NCBI GenBank assembly: GCA_951406725.2
Contig: OX597830.1
Coordinates: forward strand, 68,262,001-68,326,000
Length of the DNA: 64,000 nt
DNA from: Octopus vulgaris
Lineage: Eukaryota
Direction of reading: 5' to 3'
The translations under genes and the position numbers were made by a program. Positions 23,600 through 38,335 of this stretch are shown here, piece after piece. A model generated the notes under the pieces. That model was not told the DNA's origin and made no database searches. It saw only the letters and a list, made by a program, of their open reading frames with translations. Position 1 is the first letter of the stretch, and every line of letters starts with the position of its first letter.

Positions 23600-25020
23600 G
23601 AATTTTGAAGAACGAAAATTGTAAGTTCGAAAATGCTCCACAAGAGGATGTAGAAGAATGTTTTACAAGAGATAAAAAGAATTTTGCGATTGTTGCGGTA
23701 ATATTTGTGTCGGAAATGGCAGCAAGAAATCAGACACGCATACCCAGTAGTAAGGACGTTTGAGTTGTCACAATTAGAGTGGGTAGAATCCCACCGTGGA
23801 CTGAACCAGAACGGATAATAGCAGCAATCTTTACAGAAAGTGAGAGAGGAGGCTACCGAAATATGGAGAGAATTAGGTTTAACTGGACCCAATTTTCGAA
23901 TTGGTGGAATTACGGGGTGGAAGTGAACTGTATAGTGAATCAGTATTTTTATGAGGAAATACCAGAGACAGCGGAGCTTCCAAACGGATACAAATTGAAG
24001 ATAATGATGACTGTAAGGTCTTCAAAATCTTACGGATGCGGCGAGAGGAGGCACTTAAAAAGAAAGTGCCCTAGATTATTGGAAGTTGTAGATATAATAG
24101 AGGAGAAGAAATGACCCAGGAGAATGAATTTGTGGAGGTTAAGGTGAAGTAAAGAGAAAGGAGAATGTCTCCGCCGACAATGGATCCTAACACGTATAAA
24201 GCAAAAGAAAGACAAGTAGAAACAGTTCACCAGTGGGAGCGCCTAAGAAGAGTGTCAGAGAAAAATCAACATTTCCAAGGAAACACAAAGTCGTTAAACT
24301 TCACAAACAGTCAGACTCACAAACACAGAAACATTCAGATATACAGAAAAACAGAGATGCAGACAAACAGACACAAGATAACCCAGAAGTACAGATACCC
24401 CAAAACACAGACTCACATACGAAACACACAGATTTACAGTCACACAATCATACAGACATACAAGCACAAAAAATCTTAGACAGACAAACACAAGAAAACA
24501 CAGAACTACAAAAGCATAATAACACAGAGTCACAGTCACAATGCACAGGAAACACACAGAAGCAAATTTTTCCTAGTGACATATACGACATCGCAAATAA
24601 TAGAGAAAAATATTTCAAGATGGAAAGAGACTGTCAAGGTGAACTTAGAAGAAGGCTATGACAAGAACATAAGATTATCTTGATGGGTAACACTAAGTAT
24701 AGCTCGTTAAAGGAGGTCTTTCCATCGGATGTGAATCCGCTGGGGACTGAGGCGGATGCTGAACCTTGCACCCCGGTGGTGGAATTTGTGGAGATAAAAG
24801 AAAAGATAAAGTGGTGAGTATCATCTGTTTCAAAGACTGTAAATAAGACAGTGTTAAATCCTTTTGTGTTCATACTGATTTTTAAAAATTGTGAACCTTT
24901 GTAAAAGTTTTTAAATTTTAAGTTCTAAAAGAACGAATAACCTCGTGGTCATCTCGGAGCGGGGCTGGGATGTGCCTGTTTATCAAAATCATCTTCATTA
25001 TAATTATTTCACTTTTCATT
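23600..25020 (+). mobile_element. second decayed ORF1-like element
   Basis: IRVGRIPPWTEPERI...ELPNGYKLKI...SYGCGERRHLKRKCP, homologous to 21585-23135. Confidence 0.6.
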
Positions 25021-25338
25021 CATCTTTTCATGTGTTTTTTTATCCCCGCATGTGTATGTGTGTCCCTCTGTGTTTGGGCCTTGTGCCTTGGAATTAAAAT
25101 TAATTCGTAATTTCTCCGTGAAAGAACAATCGTTGAGTGGTTTAATTTGTTGAAGGCTTCTGGCCAGGTAAGTCGAACTACTAAGATTATTACTATTATC
25201 GTTAATTTTTTGCGTTTTTGCAAAAGCACACAGCTTGTTCAGCAGGCTTATGATTTTATATATACTTTATACTTATATTGTGAAATTTGATTTAATACTA
25301 AATTGAATGTTTCCCTGTAAATTTGGAGTTATACTCCC

Positions 25339-25396
<58 letters not shown>

Positions 25397-26464
25397 TATA
25401 TTATATTAGAGATAAAACCACTATTAGGCGCATGCACGTTGGTGTGCGGGCACGCATGTGTAGGTATGAACATGCACGCTTACGCGAATACTATGAACCT
25501 TTTTACCCTCTTACTTTTACTCCCTCCCCTCACTTAGCGGTCATTCAAATAGCTCTTTTGTCTTACTAACGGTCATTCACACAGTAATTTCCCTTTGTAT
25601 AACGGTCGTTTTTCATAGCATTTTTTCCGATGGCCGGATAACTGAAGAGATGGCGGCGTAGATTTCCACCTCGGCATCTGAAACTCGGAGTTTTATCACA
25701 GCTACCGAATAATTGCCACATATTACATTTTTTATTTATTTATTTTATTTTATCTAATTTCAGCTCATGAGCTGTGGCCATGCTGGGGCACTCCTCTATT
25801 TACATAATATCGAGGTCTCTTTCATTCTTTCGCTGTCTTATCATTTTTATCAATATATGTAGGATGATGGTTGAAGTTTAAAACACAATCGATTTTCCAA
25901 TAAATTCCGAGAATAATCAATTACTAATAGCAGAAGAAGCAGGACTGCCAAATACTTCATTCCTTGTATCTCGTCTTATAGAGTTCCATGAAAGATGAGT
26001 GAAATCTATGGGTTCATGAATGAATGGTATCAGACAATTTATTTAATATGCCCGAATTGCAATATTTTAGAATAATGTATGATTCTCTAATGCATAAAGT
26101 ACATTTGTTACCTATAGCATTATAGGGGAGGCCGTTTGCTAGTATATATGCTCTTATTCCTTAAATTATGTATATATGAGGGTAGAGTAGTAGAATTTTT
26201 ATATTTAATGTTAGTAAATGAATTTAAATGCGTTCTATAACTTTTTTTTAAATACAACATTACTAACTATATATGTTCCAGTCTGATACTTATCTGATAC
26301 TACTGTACATCCGTATACTACATTTTTATGAAGACAGAATCCTTCAAGTGGGCATAAATTGATTTTTATACAACTACATATTTTCCCTAATTTATTTTTG
26401 CTAGTATCTATATATTTTGGAGGGGTGGATTTCCATTATTTAAGACTACCTTAAGGAATTTTAG

Positions 26465-26725
26465 TTGAGGAAATCAACTCCGGGACTCATTCTTTGTAAG
26501 TCTGGTACTTATTCTATAGGTCTATCCGCGAACCGGTAAGTTACGGGAACGTAAACACACCAACGTCGGTTGTGAGACGATAGTGGAAGGAAAAATACAG
26601 ACACGAAGACACACACATACACATATACATAATATACGACGGTCTTCCTTTGGTTTCCCTCTACCAAGTCCACTCACAAGTCTTTGGTCGGTCCGAGGCC
26701 TTAGTAGAAGAAATCGTTTTGCCAT
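26465..26725 (-). mobile_element. diverged family 1 SINE fragment
   Basis: Similar to 10340-10580. Confidence 0.75.
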
Positions 26726-27044
26726 CGCGCCCAGACAGGTATATAATGTTGAAAAGCTACAAAAATAGCGAAACACCGATATCCATCATTCCAAAATGGG
26801 AATGAGGGTGAGTTATCTTGCCTGTCTATGATTAAGTTGTTTTAACACCGTCGAAATGAGCGTTATATACTCCACTACACCATTGCCTGCAATATTTGTA
26901 TCTTCTGTTTATATACGTTCGTGTAAAAAAATCTTTTCAATTTAATAAAGAGATTATATAGTTATTTATTTCTATTTGTTTATTTATCTCTGTATTTTAT
27001 TCATTATGTTTTCGGTTTTGTTTATATTGTAACCAGTTTATGGG

Positions 27045-27390
27045 GATCCTCTACTGTCATATGTTGTGGTGTGTGCTAGTGTTCCATTCCAGTTTCCTAT
27101 TCAGGCTAGGTTTATCTTCTATTATGTGTGTAGCTTCCGTAATTTGTCTGATTGTTGCATCTGTTCTATGCGTAGACAAGATTTTAACATCTCTGTTGTT
27201 GATTGATCCCCCGTGTTCCTGCTCGGCGTGTTGGTACAGAATCGATGAGCTTTTACCTTCCTTAAGTTCTCTCCAATGTACATTTACCCGCTCTCCTATG
27301 CTTCGTGCCGTTTCCCCTACGTATGTCGTTGGCTTGTTACTGCATCATCCCTCTATACATCTTATACTATAGACTACTATTATCTTAGCC
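27045..27390 (-). mobile_element. Penelope GIY-YIG endonuclease fragment
   Basis: Minus strand reads VVYSIRC...YVGETARSIGERVNVH...ILYQHAEQEH...RQITEATHI..KPSLN. Confidence 0.85.
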
Positions 27391-27515
27391 TGAATATTTT
27401 AAGTTTTATAATTATTAATTTTTATCAATATTAATTATTTACTATTAGTCATTTTCATTTTTATTAAATTTCATATTTTAACATTTTTGTATACTTTCTT
27501 TTATTATTATCTTTT

Positions 27516-27700
27516 AGGCGGCGAACTGGCAGAATCGCTAGCGCGTCGCTTCGTTCGGAGTTCAAATTCCACCGAGTCGACTTTGCTTTTCATCCTTTTG
27601 AGGGTCGATAAATTAAGTACCAGTAAAGACACTGGAGTCGGTGTAACCGACTAATCTGTTCCCCACAAATTCGAGACCGTGTGCCTACAGTAGAAAGGAT
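27516..27700 (+). mobile_element. tRNA-derived SINE, family 2
   Basis: GGCGGCGAACTGGCAGAATCG head, GAGTTCAAATTCC B-box and GTCGACTTTGCTTTTCATCC body. Confidence 0.8.
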
Positions 27701-28257
27701 TATTATCATCACCTTATTTTACTACCATTACTATTTTTCATAAATAAAAATATTAACACACACACACAAATAACAGAGCATATTTAATCTACTTTGTCTG
27801 TTGGAGTATCTCAACCGATCGGCATGTAACTTCCTTTCGGCTTTCGAAACCGCAACTCCAAATCACCATGCAATAACCTATCACTAGACCAATGAAATTT
27901 TACCTCCGATCAGAACTGGACCCTCAAGAAAATAAACAGACTGACTCGGTAAGAGAATCAAACAACAGGAACGTTTCATGACCATTCCCCACAGGCAAGA
28001 CAACCAGGCAGAATGTCAAACTTGGTCTCCAGAAAGAATAATAATAAGAATTATAACGAATCAAAAATTATATCCTTTCACAGAAAAGATTATAGATACA
28101 CGGATTCCAAAGCAGTCCGTTACAGGCGAAAAACCCTCTACGCGACGGTAAAAAGAATCACATGCAAGATGAAAGAAACTGTAACAAAATCCCTTTTGCT
28201 TACTCTCTTCTTTCTTTATTTGTTTCTCTCATAACTCAGTATGACTGAACTTTTGGC

Positions 28258-28415
28258 GATCCACATTTTTTATATACTTCGCCCATCATTTTCTGATATT
28301 ATTGAATTTTGTGAACATTTAATCATTTAAACATATTGATCCACATTTTTTACATTCTTAACCGATCATTTTCTGATACTATTGAATTTTGTGAACATTT
28401 AATCATTTAAATATG
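28258..28415. repeat. 2 x ~79-bp tandem repeat
   Basis: GATCCACATTTTT...AATCATTTAAA occurs twice. Confidence 0.85.
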
Positions 28416-28810
28416 TTTTCTACTTCGCAAACAAAATAGGGCCTTGGGACCGAGGAGAGGAGGTAACGCTTAGAAAATGTCTTGAAGGATGGTGAACATA
28501 GCGACAGAAAATTTGCGACTGTTCAGCTACGGGACCAATGTAAGAAGGGAAGAAAAAGGGGTACTGACAGTTGGTCACGCGACAGCAGCAGGCAGAGGGG
28601 AAAGACTGCAGGGTGAGAGAACGACAAAGAAAAATAGGGAAGGGATGAAGGGAAAGAAGAAAGGCTGGGAATACAAGAGAGAGAGAAGGAGTAAGTAGAA
28701 AGTCTATAATAAATAAATACCCCCACACATATATGGGTATATGTATATATATTAAGTATGTAAGTATGTTTTAAAATGTATGGGTTATTTACGGAGTGCT
28801 CATAGAGAGC

Positions 28811-30502
28811 CTACGCGAAAAAATACAGAGTAGAGAAAATTTTAAACGCAAGTCTTAGGAAGTCAAACAGATTCCTGAACGCATAAATGAGAAATTTCAA
28901 TCGAAGTAGTTGGATCATATATATTTATACATATCAACATAAATCATGCATGTACAGGCGTGAAAATTCCCCAAGGTTATAAAGAATGAAATCAAACATA
29001 CATAGAAATATAGAAGAAATATGAAATTTATATAAAAATACTTATCAAATTACATATAAATAAATTTACATGCAACGAGTTATACGTGATAAATATAGGA
29101 GGTGCAACGTGGATGAGAGATTGGTACATTCTGTAAGGATCAGATATCGAGATATGTAGGTATTTAGTGGGTCTTTCGATATGATGAAAAAAGTTTATCT
29201 GGAAATGTCTGTCTACTTACATATCAAAAGATGTCGATGCCATAGGCGGTTGAATTTGTGTTTCTCTTGTTTCAGGCTAGAGAAAAGAGGAAAAACAATG
29301 TTAATTGTTGAAAGAAACGTTTGGGTTAGTATTTCTAGGTATAGAAAACATGTTTTAAGTAAAATATATGTTTGAAGGAGGAGGTATATAAGTAACAGTA
29401 GTAAGCAATAGGCAAAGAATAACCACATCTAAAAGTCTAACAACTACACACGGATATAGACACAGAAAAATCCATTTACAGATAAAATATAAACAGTTTT
29501 ATTTTCAATTTAGTTTTAGAGATTTCAACATGGTTAGCATCATTGAATTCAAATGAAGGTCTGAAATCGTATTTACAACTATTTTATTTTTATGAAGTCC
29601 ACTATTTATGATATCAGTGCAGATCCTTTTAATATCTTACTAATTTAGGCATAATTAAATAAAATCTTTAGGAAAATAATATCATCAGATGCAATATGAA
29701 ACACAATTTATATATATATATAAATGAATTATAAAGTTCACATCCTGAAATCATCAAAAGACTTCCAAAAGCCTAAAATTCAAAGAAGGAAAACAGTAAA
29801 GACATTAAATAGTTCTATAAGTTATAGAAGGTTTTTTTTTAAAATTATGATGACCATATAAATATCATTTAATGTAAGTTTATTTAAGCGTGTACATATT
29901 AATTCTACATTTTCCCAATTGAAGAACGGACATATATTCTTGCGTAAGAAATGCTTCAAAAAATAAGACGATGCCAAATACGCTTTTAACAACTTCATCG
30001 CCACCAGAACGCAGGTCATTTTGATCCCATGTAATCTCCTCCATGTTCTGAGGTCAACATTCACTCTCTTCTATAAAGCCAAAAGTTCTGTGATCGGTGT
30101 AACACACACACGCACGCACGCACACACGCACACACACAAACATACACACACACACACGCACACACACGTTCGTGTGCACATATGATTGTGTGTATTATCT
30201 ATGTATATATATGTATATATACATACATACATACATACATACCCATTTACTTGCCGCGGGTGCTTATAGTGTCGAATACTTTCGGTATGCAAATTAGGGA
30301 CTCTTACATAGAGTAACTGCTGCATTTGCTGAGTATATAAACAGTTTGGCTGCTTGCTCCCCTGGAGACTGTCAGAATAATGTAGACGCCTCTGATGAGA
30401 ACGCAACAAGGGTTGAAAATCAATTAAGGTTGTTCATTATATTTTTTTCAATCTGTGGAGAAATGCGTAAACTTTGCCCTGTTTATAATTATACCATATG
30501 TT

Positions 30503-30545
<43 letters not shown>

Positions 30546-30589
30546 ATATACATATGCATACATACATATATATATATATATACATATGC

Positions 30590-30628
<39 letters not shown>

Positions 30629-31149
30629 CATATATATATATGGGGAAATTAGAAACTGGCTCTACTGGTTTAACTTATGATACGATGATTCTTTCCATCT
30701 CTAATAATATGATATATAGAAGCTGGTTTTTCTAATATTAAAAATTGTCCCCAGTGATATTAAAATGAAAACCACTACACTGACTGTAATAATATAACAA
30801 AATGGAAGCCTAGAGTAAATATATAGAATTTAGTAGCTGGATCTACCAAAAAGAGATACAATAGAGTTCTACCTTCTTCACAAATTGCAGATGGCTCTAC
30901 CAGTCTGAAAAATAATAGCTTGGTCTACCAGTATAAAAGATAGCAACCAGTCGTATCAATGTGAGAATATATATGAAATTATTCATAAACAGAATATACA
31001 GCGTTCGTTTTAAGCAAATCCTTTGATGAAATTCTCAAGAAATAATCCATCACAATTCAGAACTATTCAAGCATATTTTAAGATTAAAAAAAAAGCTTAC
31101 TTGTTTGGTTTTCTGACCAGATACCTCAGCCATTTCTTGAAGTTCTAGT
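28811..31149 (-). pseudogene. decayed gene copy B: exons 31101-31149, 30308-30391, ~29916-30070, 29221-29276 and 28811-28874
   Basis: Canonical AG/GT sites with compatible phases. Exon 3 has a 10-nt deletion relative to copy A and no intact donor. The last two exons read PETRETQIQPPMASTSFD-MNLFDFLRLAFKIFSTLYFFA*. Confidence 0.6.
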
Positions 31150-31590
31150 CTGCAAAATCAATAAATGGTAAAATTCCATGTCAGTAAAATTAATTGTCAT
31201 GATGTGTATAAAGATGAATATTTAAGTCTTTATCCTTTAACTGTGAACGTCGAATAGAAAAGCTGTGTTATTACATGGAAAGAAATCGAGGCAATGGAAA
31301 AGAAACTCAGCTTTAAGGAATAATATGGCAGGTGAAAAGTTATGCACAGAAAGAATGATTCAGTTAGAGATGAAGGTTGAGAGATAAACAAAGATCAAAG
31401 GAAGCTAAGAAATTAAGAGAGAATTCAGAAAGAGGCAATTCTTCAAAGAGAAGCAAGTAGAAATATACCGAAAATGGCAGAAAAGGTGGAGAAATTAAAC
31501 TTAACAGAAGCAATTGATAAACAATAAGAACAGCAGGAATTATACCTTAGAAATTATTCTATTCTCATACACACACACACAAACACACAT

Positions 31591-31689
<99 letters not shown>

Positions 31690-31693
31690 CATA

Positions 31694-31745
<52 letters not shown>

Positions 31746-31995
31746 AAAAGAGGTGTTTCCATGCAGCAAAAAGAAATGGGCAAATTTGTTGTACCTATAT
31801 ATATATAACTAATTAAAAAAAGACGGACTAAAAGGACAAGTAAAACATAATCGCGAGGACTTGACACACGCAAATTGTTAATAAGACGCTCACAGAATGA
31901 AAGAAAGAAAAAGTGTTTTACGTTTCGAGCAAAGGTCTTTTTCAGAAACAGGAGATGGTGTAAAATTCAAGCGAAAAGGAAGAAAGGGAAAATAA

Positions 31996-32695
31996 GGCTT
32001 GGATGTGGTGAATTTATGCACTAGTTACCCACACCATTATGATATAAAAGCAATCCTCTTCTGGCTAGAAAAATACCCAGAAGAGATCCCAGGACGCATC
32101 AGCCACAGCTTCAAAATCCCTGCACTGAAATTTAACCTCCAGGACAACTACTTCATGTCCGATACAGTTTACTATCAAGAAAAATGTGGAATTGCAGTGG
32201 AACCTCGTGCTGCCCCACTGATTGCGAATTTTGTAATCTAGAAATTAAAATATACCAATTATCACAGCAAAAATATGGTACCTCAAAGGAATTAGACATA
32301 CGAGTCTTAAGGGAAGTTAACCGAAATACTACACCAAATTTAAATGTACTCCTATACGTCCCCACATATAACTCCAGAAACAATGAGGCATTCAACATCA
32401 TCATCCAGAATTTACCCATTCGCACTGGGGATAAACAATGAACGAAATTTTGGACTCACACAAAATTATCAAAATTTAACCGGCGCAAGATTATATCCCT
32501 TAACAACGGAACCAAAGGTGGAAAATGGGGGTGGCCTAACTGGGGCACATGCTTCCACATTTTGGGGGGTACAGAATTTCACTTCAAACAAGGTGAAATA
32601 TTTAAGATAAAGTCACATTTCACTTTGCCTCTGAAAACCAAATCTATGTTATTACTTGCTTAGGTTGCCAAAACCACTATATAACGACTCATGGT
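31996..32695 (+). mobile_element. Penelope RT and GIY-YIG remnants
   Basis: DVVNLCTSYPH..KAILFWL...LQDNYF...YYQEKCGIA..AAPLIANFV; IYVITCLGCQNHYI at ~32640-32685. Confidence 0.8.
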
Positions 32696-32845
32696 AAGGA
32701 TTTTTATACTTCTTAATTTCCCCTCAAATCATTTAATTGTATATATATATATGTATCTTTGTTCTAAGAAAAAGAACCATTACTTTTATGCCCAGTGTGC
32801 ATTTTCTTTGTTTCTTTTTACTTTTTACTTTTATATATATATATA

Positions 32846-32846
<1 letters not shown>

Positions 32847-32912
<66 letters not shown>
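32847..32912. repeat. (ATT)n microsatellite
   Basis: Seen directly. Confidence 0.95.
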
Positions 32913-33447
32913 TTACCTGCTCTTCTCCCACTGTTCTATCCTATTACTCTGTTATTCTCTCCTTCACTCTTCCTTGCTCACGTGGCTCCCGCGTGACCAT
33001 CGGACATCTTTCTTATTTTCTCTCCGTTGTAGCTGGAACAAGGAAGACGTGTTCTTGCTTGTATCATGTCCTAGCTTAATTTACGCGTTCGTCACCACAA
33101 CCTCGTTTAGGCTCAACAGCCCTTCCTGTTTCTTTTCACTGTCCTGGTTGTGTTACCTATTTTGTTCCTCCGCAAAATCCCAAATTCTACTTAATTTGCT
33201 TTGCGGGAGCAACTGTTTTATCGAATGCGTATATTGTTGTTAAATGCTCGAAATACGAGAATAGAGAAACAACCAGCAACTGATGAACGGTCGTTCTTCA
33301 TGTTTGTTTTGTTTTCCATTTGTGTCTTTCGTTGTTCGAAAAAATAGTTCGTGTTCCATGTACACGTGCTTCGTATTTTTGTACACGTTTTATGATGTCC
33401 TCTGCCCAGATATGCATATATATATACATACATACTTACATTTATAC

Positions 33448-33487
<40 letters not shown>

Positions 33488-33554
33488 AAATGTAAGTATG
33501 TATATAGGCATATATTATCTATAATATATACATATATATACATATATATATTTA

Positions 33555-33643
<89 letters not shown>

Positions 33644-33859
33644 AAATGATCGAAATGTCATACCTACTCCTTTCAGTGGGCGTCAAGCTATAATACATTT
33701 TTGTGTTCGTTGTCCCGTTTGTTTTCATTTTTCGCTTTTTAACTCACTATTTTGCACGCGCGCGCGCACAGCCATATATAGAAATAAACAACAGCTAAAA
33801 ACGTATATGTATAAGTCACAGAGACTCGCTAATTCTTCATCAGTTTTTCGCTAATACTT

Positions 33860-35250
33860 TATCATTTTTCTAAGCCAAATTCCATGTTTATTTCATTGGC
33901 AAAGTCATGTACTCTCTCTTGTACTGTTTCCAGCTGTTTATCATTTGTAGCGTATAGTTTTAGATCATCCTTATACAAGAGTTGGTCGATTGTTTTCCCG
34001 TAAAAGTTGTATCCATATCTAGTTCTATTTAGCACGTCAGATAAAGGTGTCAGTGCCAAGCAGAAAGAGTGGAAAGATCGTGTCTCCCTGGAATATTACT
34101 GTTCTAACGGGGACGGCTCTCTTTCGATTATTGTCGTTACTTTGGTCATAGAATATTATCAAAAGCTTTTCGATAATCGATCCCAGTCATACTTGGACCA
34201 TTCTTCTCTTGTCGGCTGTCTTCAGTTATGGCTTTATTGGCAGGTAGCTGATGCTTTTGCAGCACCCCTTCTTCTGTTTCAGAAACAGGTTGTTATCTTC
34301 CAGATGTTTGCCCATTCTCTGCAGTAAAGGTTTTGTAAATTGTAGCGAGACAAGTTATCGGTTTGTAATTTTGTGGGTTTCCCGTTTCAGTGGACTTGGT
34401 AATCAGGAAATGTTTCCCTTCCATGGGCCCTTCAAATATTGTCTCCTTTTAGTATTTCATCAAATTTCCCGGGCATCGTTTTCTGTATTCCTGTTTGATA
34501 TTTCAACCAGAAATTGGAGACCTCGTAGTGCATGGTTGCCGACCTCTTCAGTTGTTATAGGAGTCCAGATTTGTAGAGGAGCTGTTTTTGTTACTTTGAC
34601 AGACCTTTTCCTAGGTTGTTCTCTCACCGACCATATTTCTTTCCATTGATCTCTATTTTATTTTTGGCAAGTTCTAGGTAGAATCTTTTGAGATTGGAGT
34701 AGAACTGTTTGTTTTGTTCAAAGAAACGTTGGCGTATCTCATACTGGCGGATTTTTTGGACTTTGGCGACGATATCTTGCTTTAGCTGTTCTTTTATCCC
34801 AGGTATACTTTGTTCTAGAATTTCCTATTTCCATAGTATTTTACTTCTGTTCTTGTTGCTTAGTAGTGTTGATTGTCTACTAATTTCCTTAAGGACTGAC
34901 AGATCCTTTCTTTTATTTTATATCTTTTTCTAGATATTCTTTATCCACAGGATTTTTTTTAGGTGGTAATTCTCCTGTTTGGATGGGTTTGAGAGGGTAT
35001 CCAGCTTTGATATATTATAGCATTTAACCTGATTATACTGACGTTTGTTTCTGTGGGTATTAGTTCCGTGACGGCCAGTTTCCTATTATTTATTATTAAT
35101 GTGGCTTTAAAATCAATCTTAATTTTGGGGAGCTACAGTCAGTTGTCCATACTGAGATCTGAGCCTTTCAATTCTTTGATTATATTCATTTTTAGTTTCA
35201 CCTTCACTCTTTTAAGGTTTTAGATTTGTTTCGCTTTCCTTCCTGTTCAT
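33860..35250 (-). mobile_element. degenerate R4/Dong-type LINE remnant
   Basis: IFQGD...LTPLSDVLNRTRYGY...LLYKDDLKLYA...MEFGLEK. Confidence 0.8.
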
Positions 35251-35879
35251 ATTTTTTGTTTGTGGTGTTCTGATTTCGTGCATATAGCTCATCATTATAC
35301 ATTCATACGGCCTGGGTTTGTTGCCTTTCGTTGTTTTCTTCCTTTTCGTTACGTTTGACTTCGTATTTTACACTCCCAGTGCTTATGATATTATTTGGCA
35401 TTGCTGTGTGGTCACTATCTACGATTTCCTAATGTGCACTGAATCGCAAAAGAAACGCAATCTTTTTCAAATGTAATTTTATATTCTAAATATATTTCAG
35501 TGATGTAAGAGTAAATATTCCAAACATGCTGATTTATGGCTGAGACCCAAATTACAGGCAGTCTTTAGACTTTCCTGAAACGGGACGCCAAAATGCAGCT
35601 GCGTTGAATGTCGTGGGTAGCAGTCGCAAACTATTGAAAAGAAAACCGAAATGCACGTGCATCTCGTGGAGGTTATGGCTATAAAAATGAACTTGAACCG
35701 CATTCCTGGCATTCCAAATTTCTTCGCCTTTGGAGTAGTTCATTTCGTACGTGAGTGTTGCATTGTTGGATTATTATTGTTGGAACTTCTTCGTGCTTTT
35801 TTTTTTGTTAACGCCACATTTGTTTATGTTCTGCGTTTCGCAGGCTTTTTTCAACATTATTCATATCTATTATATCAAC

Positions 35880-37515
35880 GTCAACGTCTTTATGTGTGTT
35901 CGCGTGTTACTTGTGTATTCAAAAACCGCTGCACCGAACATAATGAAATTTGGAACACAAAATCCAAGCCTAGAGAGAAGAGTAATGCTGAGTGTTTCAT
36001 ACAATTTCATGGACCAAAATTACTGAATGGATCCTTATGATATTTGAAACTTAGATTCAATGCATAAGGGCGGGTATAATGCAATGTGTGGTTTGAATTT
36101 CAGATGGCTTAAAGGGGGCAGAACCCCCCATGAAAATTCATAAATTTTCGATGTTGATGAAATTTCAACCATGAGTAATTGACACACATCAAGAAGTATT
36201 CTCAAAGATTCCACTTCATATGAGGATTCTAAGACACCATATTGAGGGCCTTAACTCCCAAATTTTAGTCATTTCTTTTATGATCCAAAATTAGGTCAAA
36301 AGTACTGAATGGATCTTTACGAAATTTGGGAATTATATTCTATGCATAAGGTCATAACCCCATGACAATTCATATATTTTTGCTGCTGATGAAATTTTAA
36401 CCACAGATATTAAATACAAATGAAGTAATATTTATAAAATTTCATCTTCTTGCAAGTTAGAAAGACCCATTAATGGGGACTTAATACCCACAATTTAATC
36501 ATTTTATCTAAGCAAAGACGAATACAGTTGTACTCTTGGAAGCTGTAGGGTCACCCGAGCATAGAAGATGAGCATTATTTGTAATTCAATGATACAACAG
36601 TGTAAGAGTTTGCTTTGGCATACACTTAGATTGTGATTTCTGCAATGTGGTGTATAAATTGTCAAGAAAATGGGAGGCATCTTTGGTTCCGCTGATTCAG
36701 TTGCAAAGTGTTGAGTAAAGTTATTTGATTGCAGACCTCCTTTCAGTCTTTTTAGTATCACTGAGTCACACATAGTCCCCAGATAGTAACATTGATTTCA
36801 AGGCCTTCCCAGATGAGTGACTGGTTATTCAAAGACATTTATAGATTGTAAATTTATTCTATCCAGTTACGTATCAGTACAGTGGTCATTTGCAAACTCC
36901 AACTTTCATTTCTCCTTAGCCCTCACGTCACACAGTTGTTAATGTTTATTTCAGTTGGGTCACGCCCTTCCAATTACTGTAGATTCGTAATGCATCTTAC
37001 GGCTGTAATACTACATTGGGAATATTACATTGGGAGTGGTAACGACTGGTGTAGGGTAGCTGACTGCTTATTGTGATGATTCGTCTTTTGGTTTCCTGTA
37101 GCGTTGCTCTATTTTACAAACCCAGTGAACATATATTTCCTATTTCAAAGAAATTCAAGCAATAGATATAAGACCCAAGTTAAAAAGATTCTCAACAATT
37201 CAACTTCTCTGCTTGACATTAAGACATCCCCCACCAATAGGGGCCTTAACTCTCATATTTTAGAGCGCTCCATGACCTCCATTTTTCAGGAGCAAAATCC
37301 TTTTAACAGGTTCTATAAGACTAGACTCTTGGAATATGCGCATAAAAATCATTAGTATGGGATACATGTGGTACGGTTACATTTATTTTTAGGTTGTGTA
37401 AAGAGGGAAATAACCCTCATCTGCAATTTTAATGAATTTCGAAACATTACAGAAAACATAACAGAAAAGTCTAATTCTTCAATTACACGTAACACGGGCA
37501 ACGTGTATATACACA
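35880..37515 (+). mobile_element. possible non-autonomous Helitron-like element with internal diverged repeats and a nested insertion (~36505-37130)
   Basis: Diverged repeats at ~36010-36280, 36295-36500 and 37180-37260; ACACGGGCAACG near the 3' end. Confidence 0.35.
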
Positions 37516-37559
37516 CAAAGATAGATTGATAGATACAACTGAGTGGGCAAACAAAAATA

Positions 37560-37780
37560 TGAGAGAGCCTTGTGCTTTTTTATGTTGATAAGCCTGGTAC
37601 TTATTCTATTAGTTTCTTCTTGTGAAACCAGTAAGTTATGGGGATGTAAATAAACGGACAGCAGTTGTGAAGCAGTGATGAGGGCGAAACACAGAAACAA
37701 AGTCACACACATACACTTACATATGTACATACATATATAAACGATTGATTTCTGTAAGTTTCTGTCTACGAAATCCATAT
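37560..37780 (-). mobile_element. diverged family 1 SINE fragment
   Basis: GATAAGCCTGGTACTTATTCTAT...TTCTGTCTACGAAATCCA. Confidence 0.65.
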
Positions 37781-38335
37781 ATATATATAGGGAGAGTTTT
37801 CGAAAAAAACAAAGGACGAAGAGAGGTGGTATACAAAACAAACAGATGTATTAGTATAACGCTCAGGAATAGAAAAAGTCTTTTACGTTTCGAGCCCACG
37901 TTCTTCTACAGAAAGGGACACAGAAAAAAACAAGGAGATAAAAATGTGTGTAGTGGCTAACGATCTATCATGAATTTTTGGCGTAATAAGATAAATAACC
38001 AAGGCTGCATAGATATTAGAGCATTTATAGATAGAAGGTCTTACAGCTGTTTCTAGGATATTAATTAATAGTACCCTTCGGATAGCATAAATACCACGCT
38101 TAAAAACAGAATAAGATCTGGGATCGATTCATTCGACTAAAACTTTCTGTCACAATAAAATACGTCAAATATCATTGAAATGACGTAATATTAAATAGCA
38201 TTGTAGGTAGAAATTCACTGCCAATTAATAAAATCCGTATGTTTTATATTAATTCTTTCACTTGGTGTAGAGACTTCGTAAAACATTAATCTTAATTTGG
38301 TTATTAATGTTCTAAATTTTTCTAAGGTGACTAAG

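Noticed and set aside
29916-30045. TIR-domain reading of ITWDQNDLRSGG..SVFGIVLF.EAFL
   Set aside because: The resemblance needs a gap of about 8 residues and other TIR motifs are missing, so it cannot be supported without a profile search.
29822-30064. 80-aa ORF as a stand-alone gene
   Set aside because: The frame results from a 10-nt deletion relative to paralog A, and it runs into intron-like AT-rich DNA.
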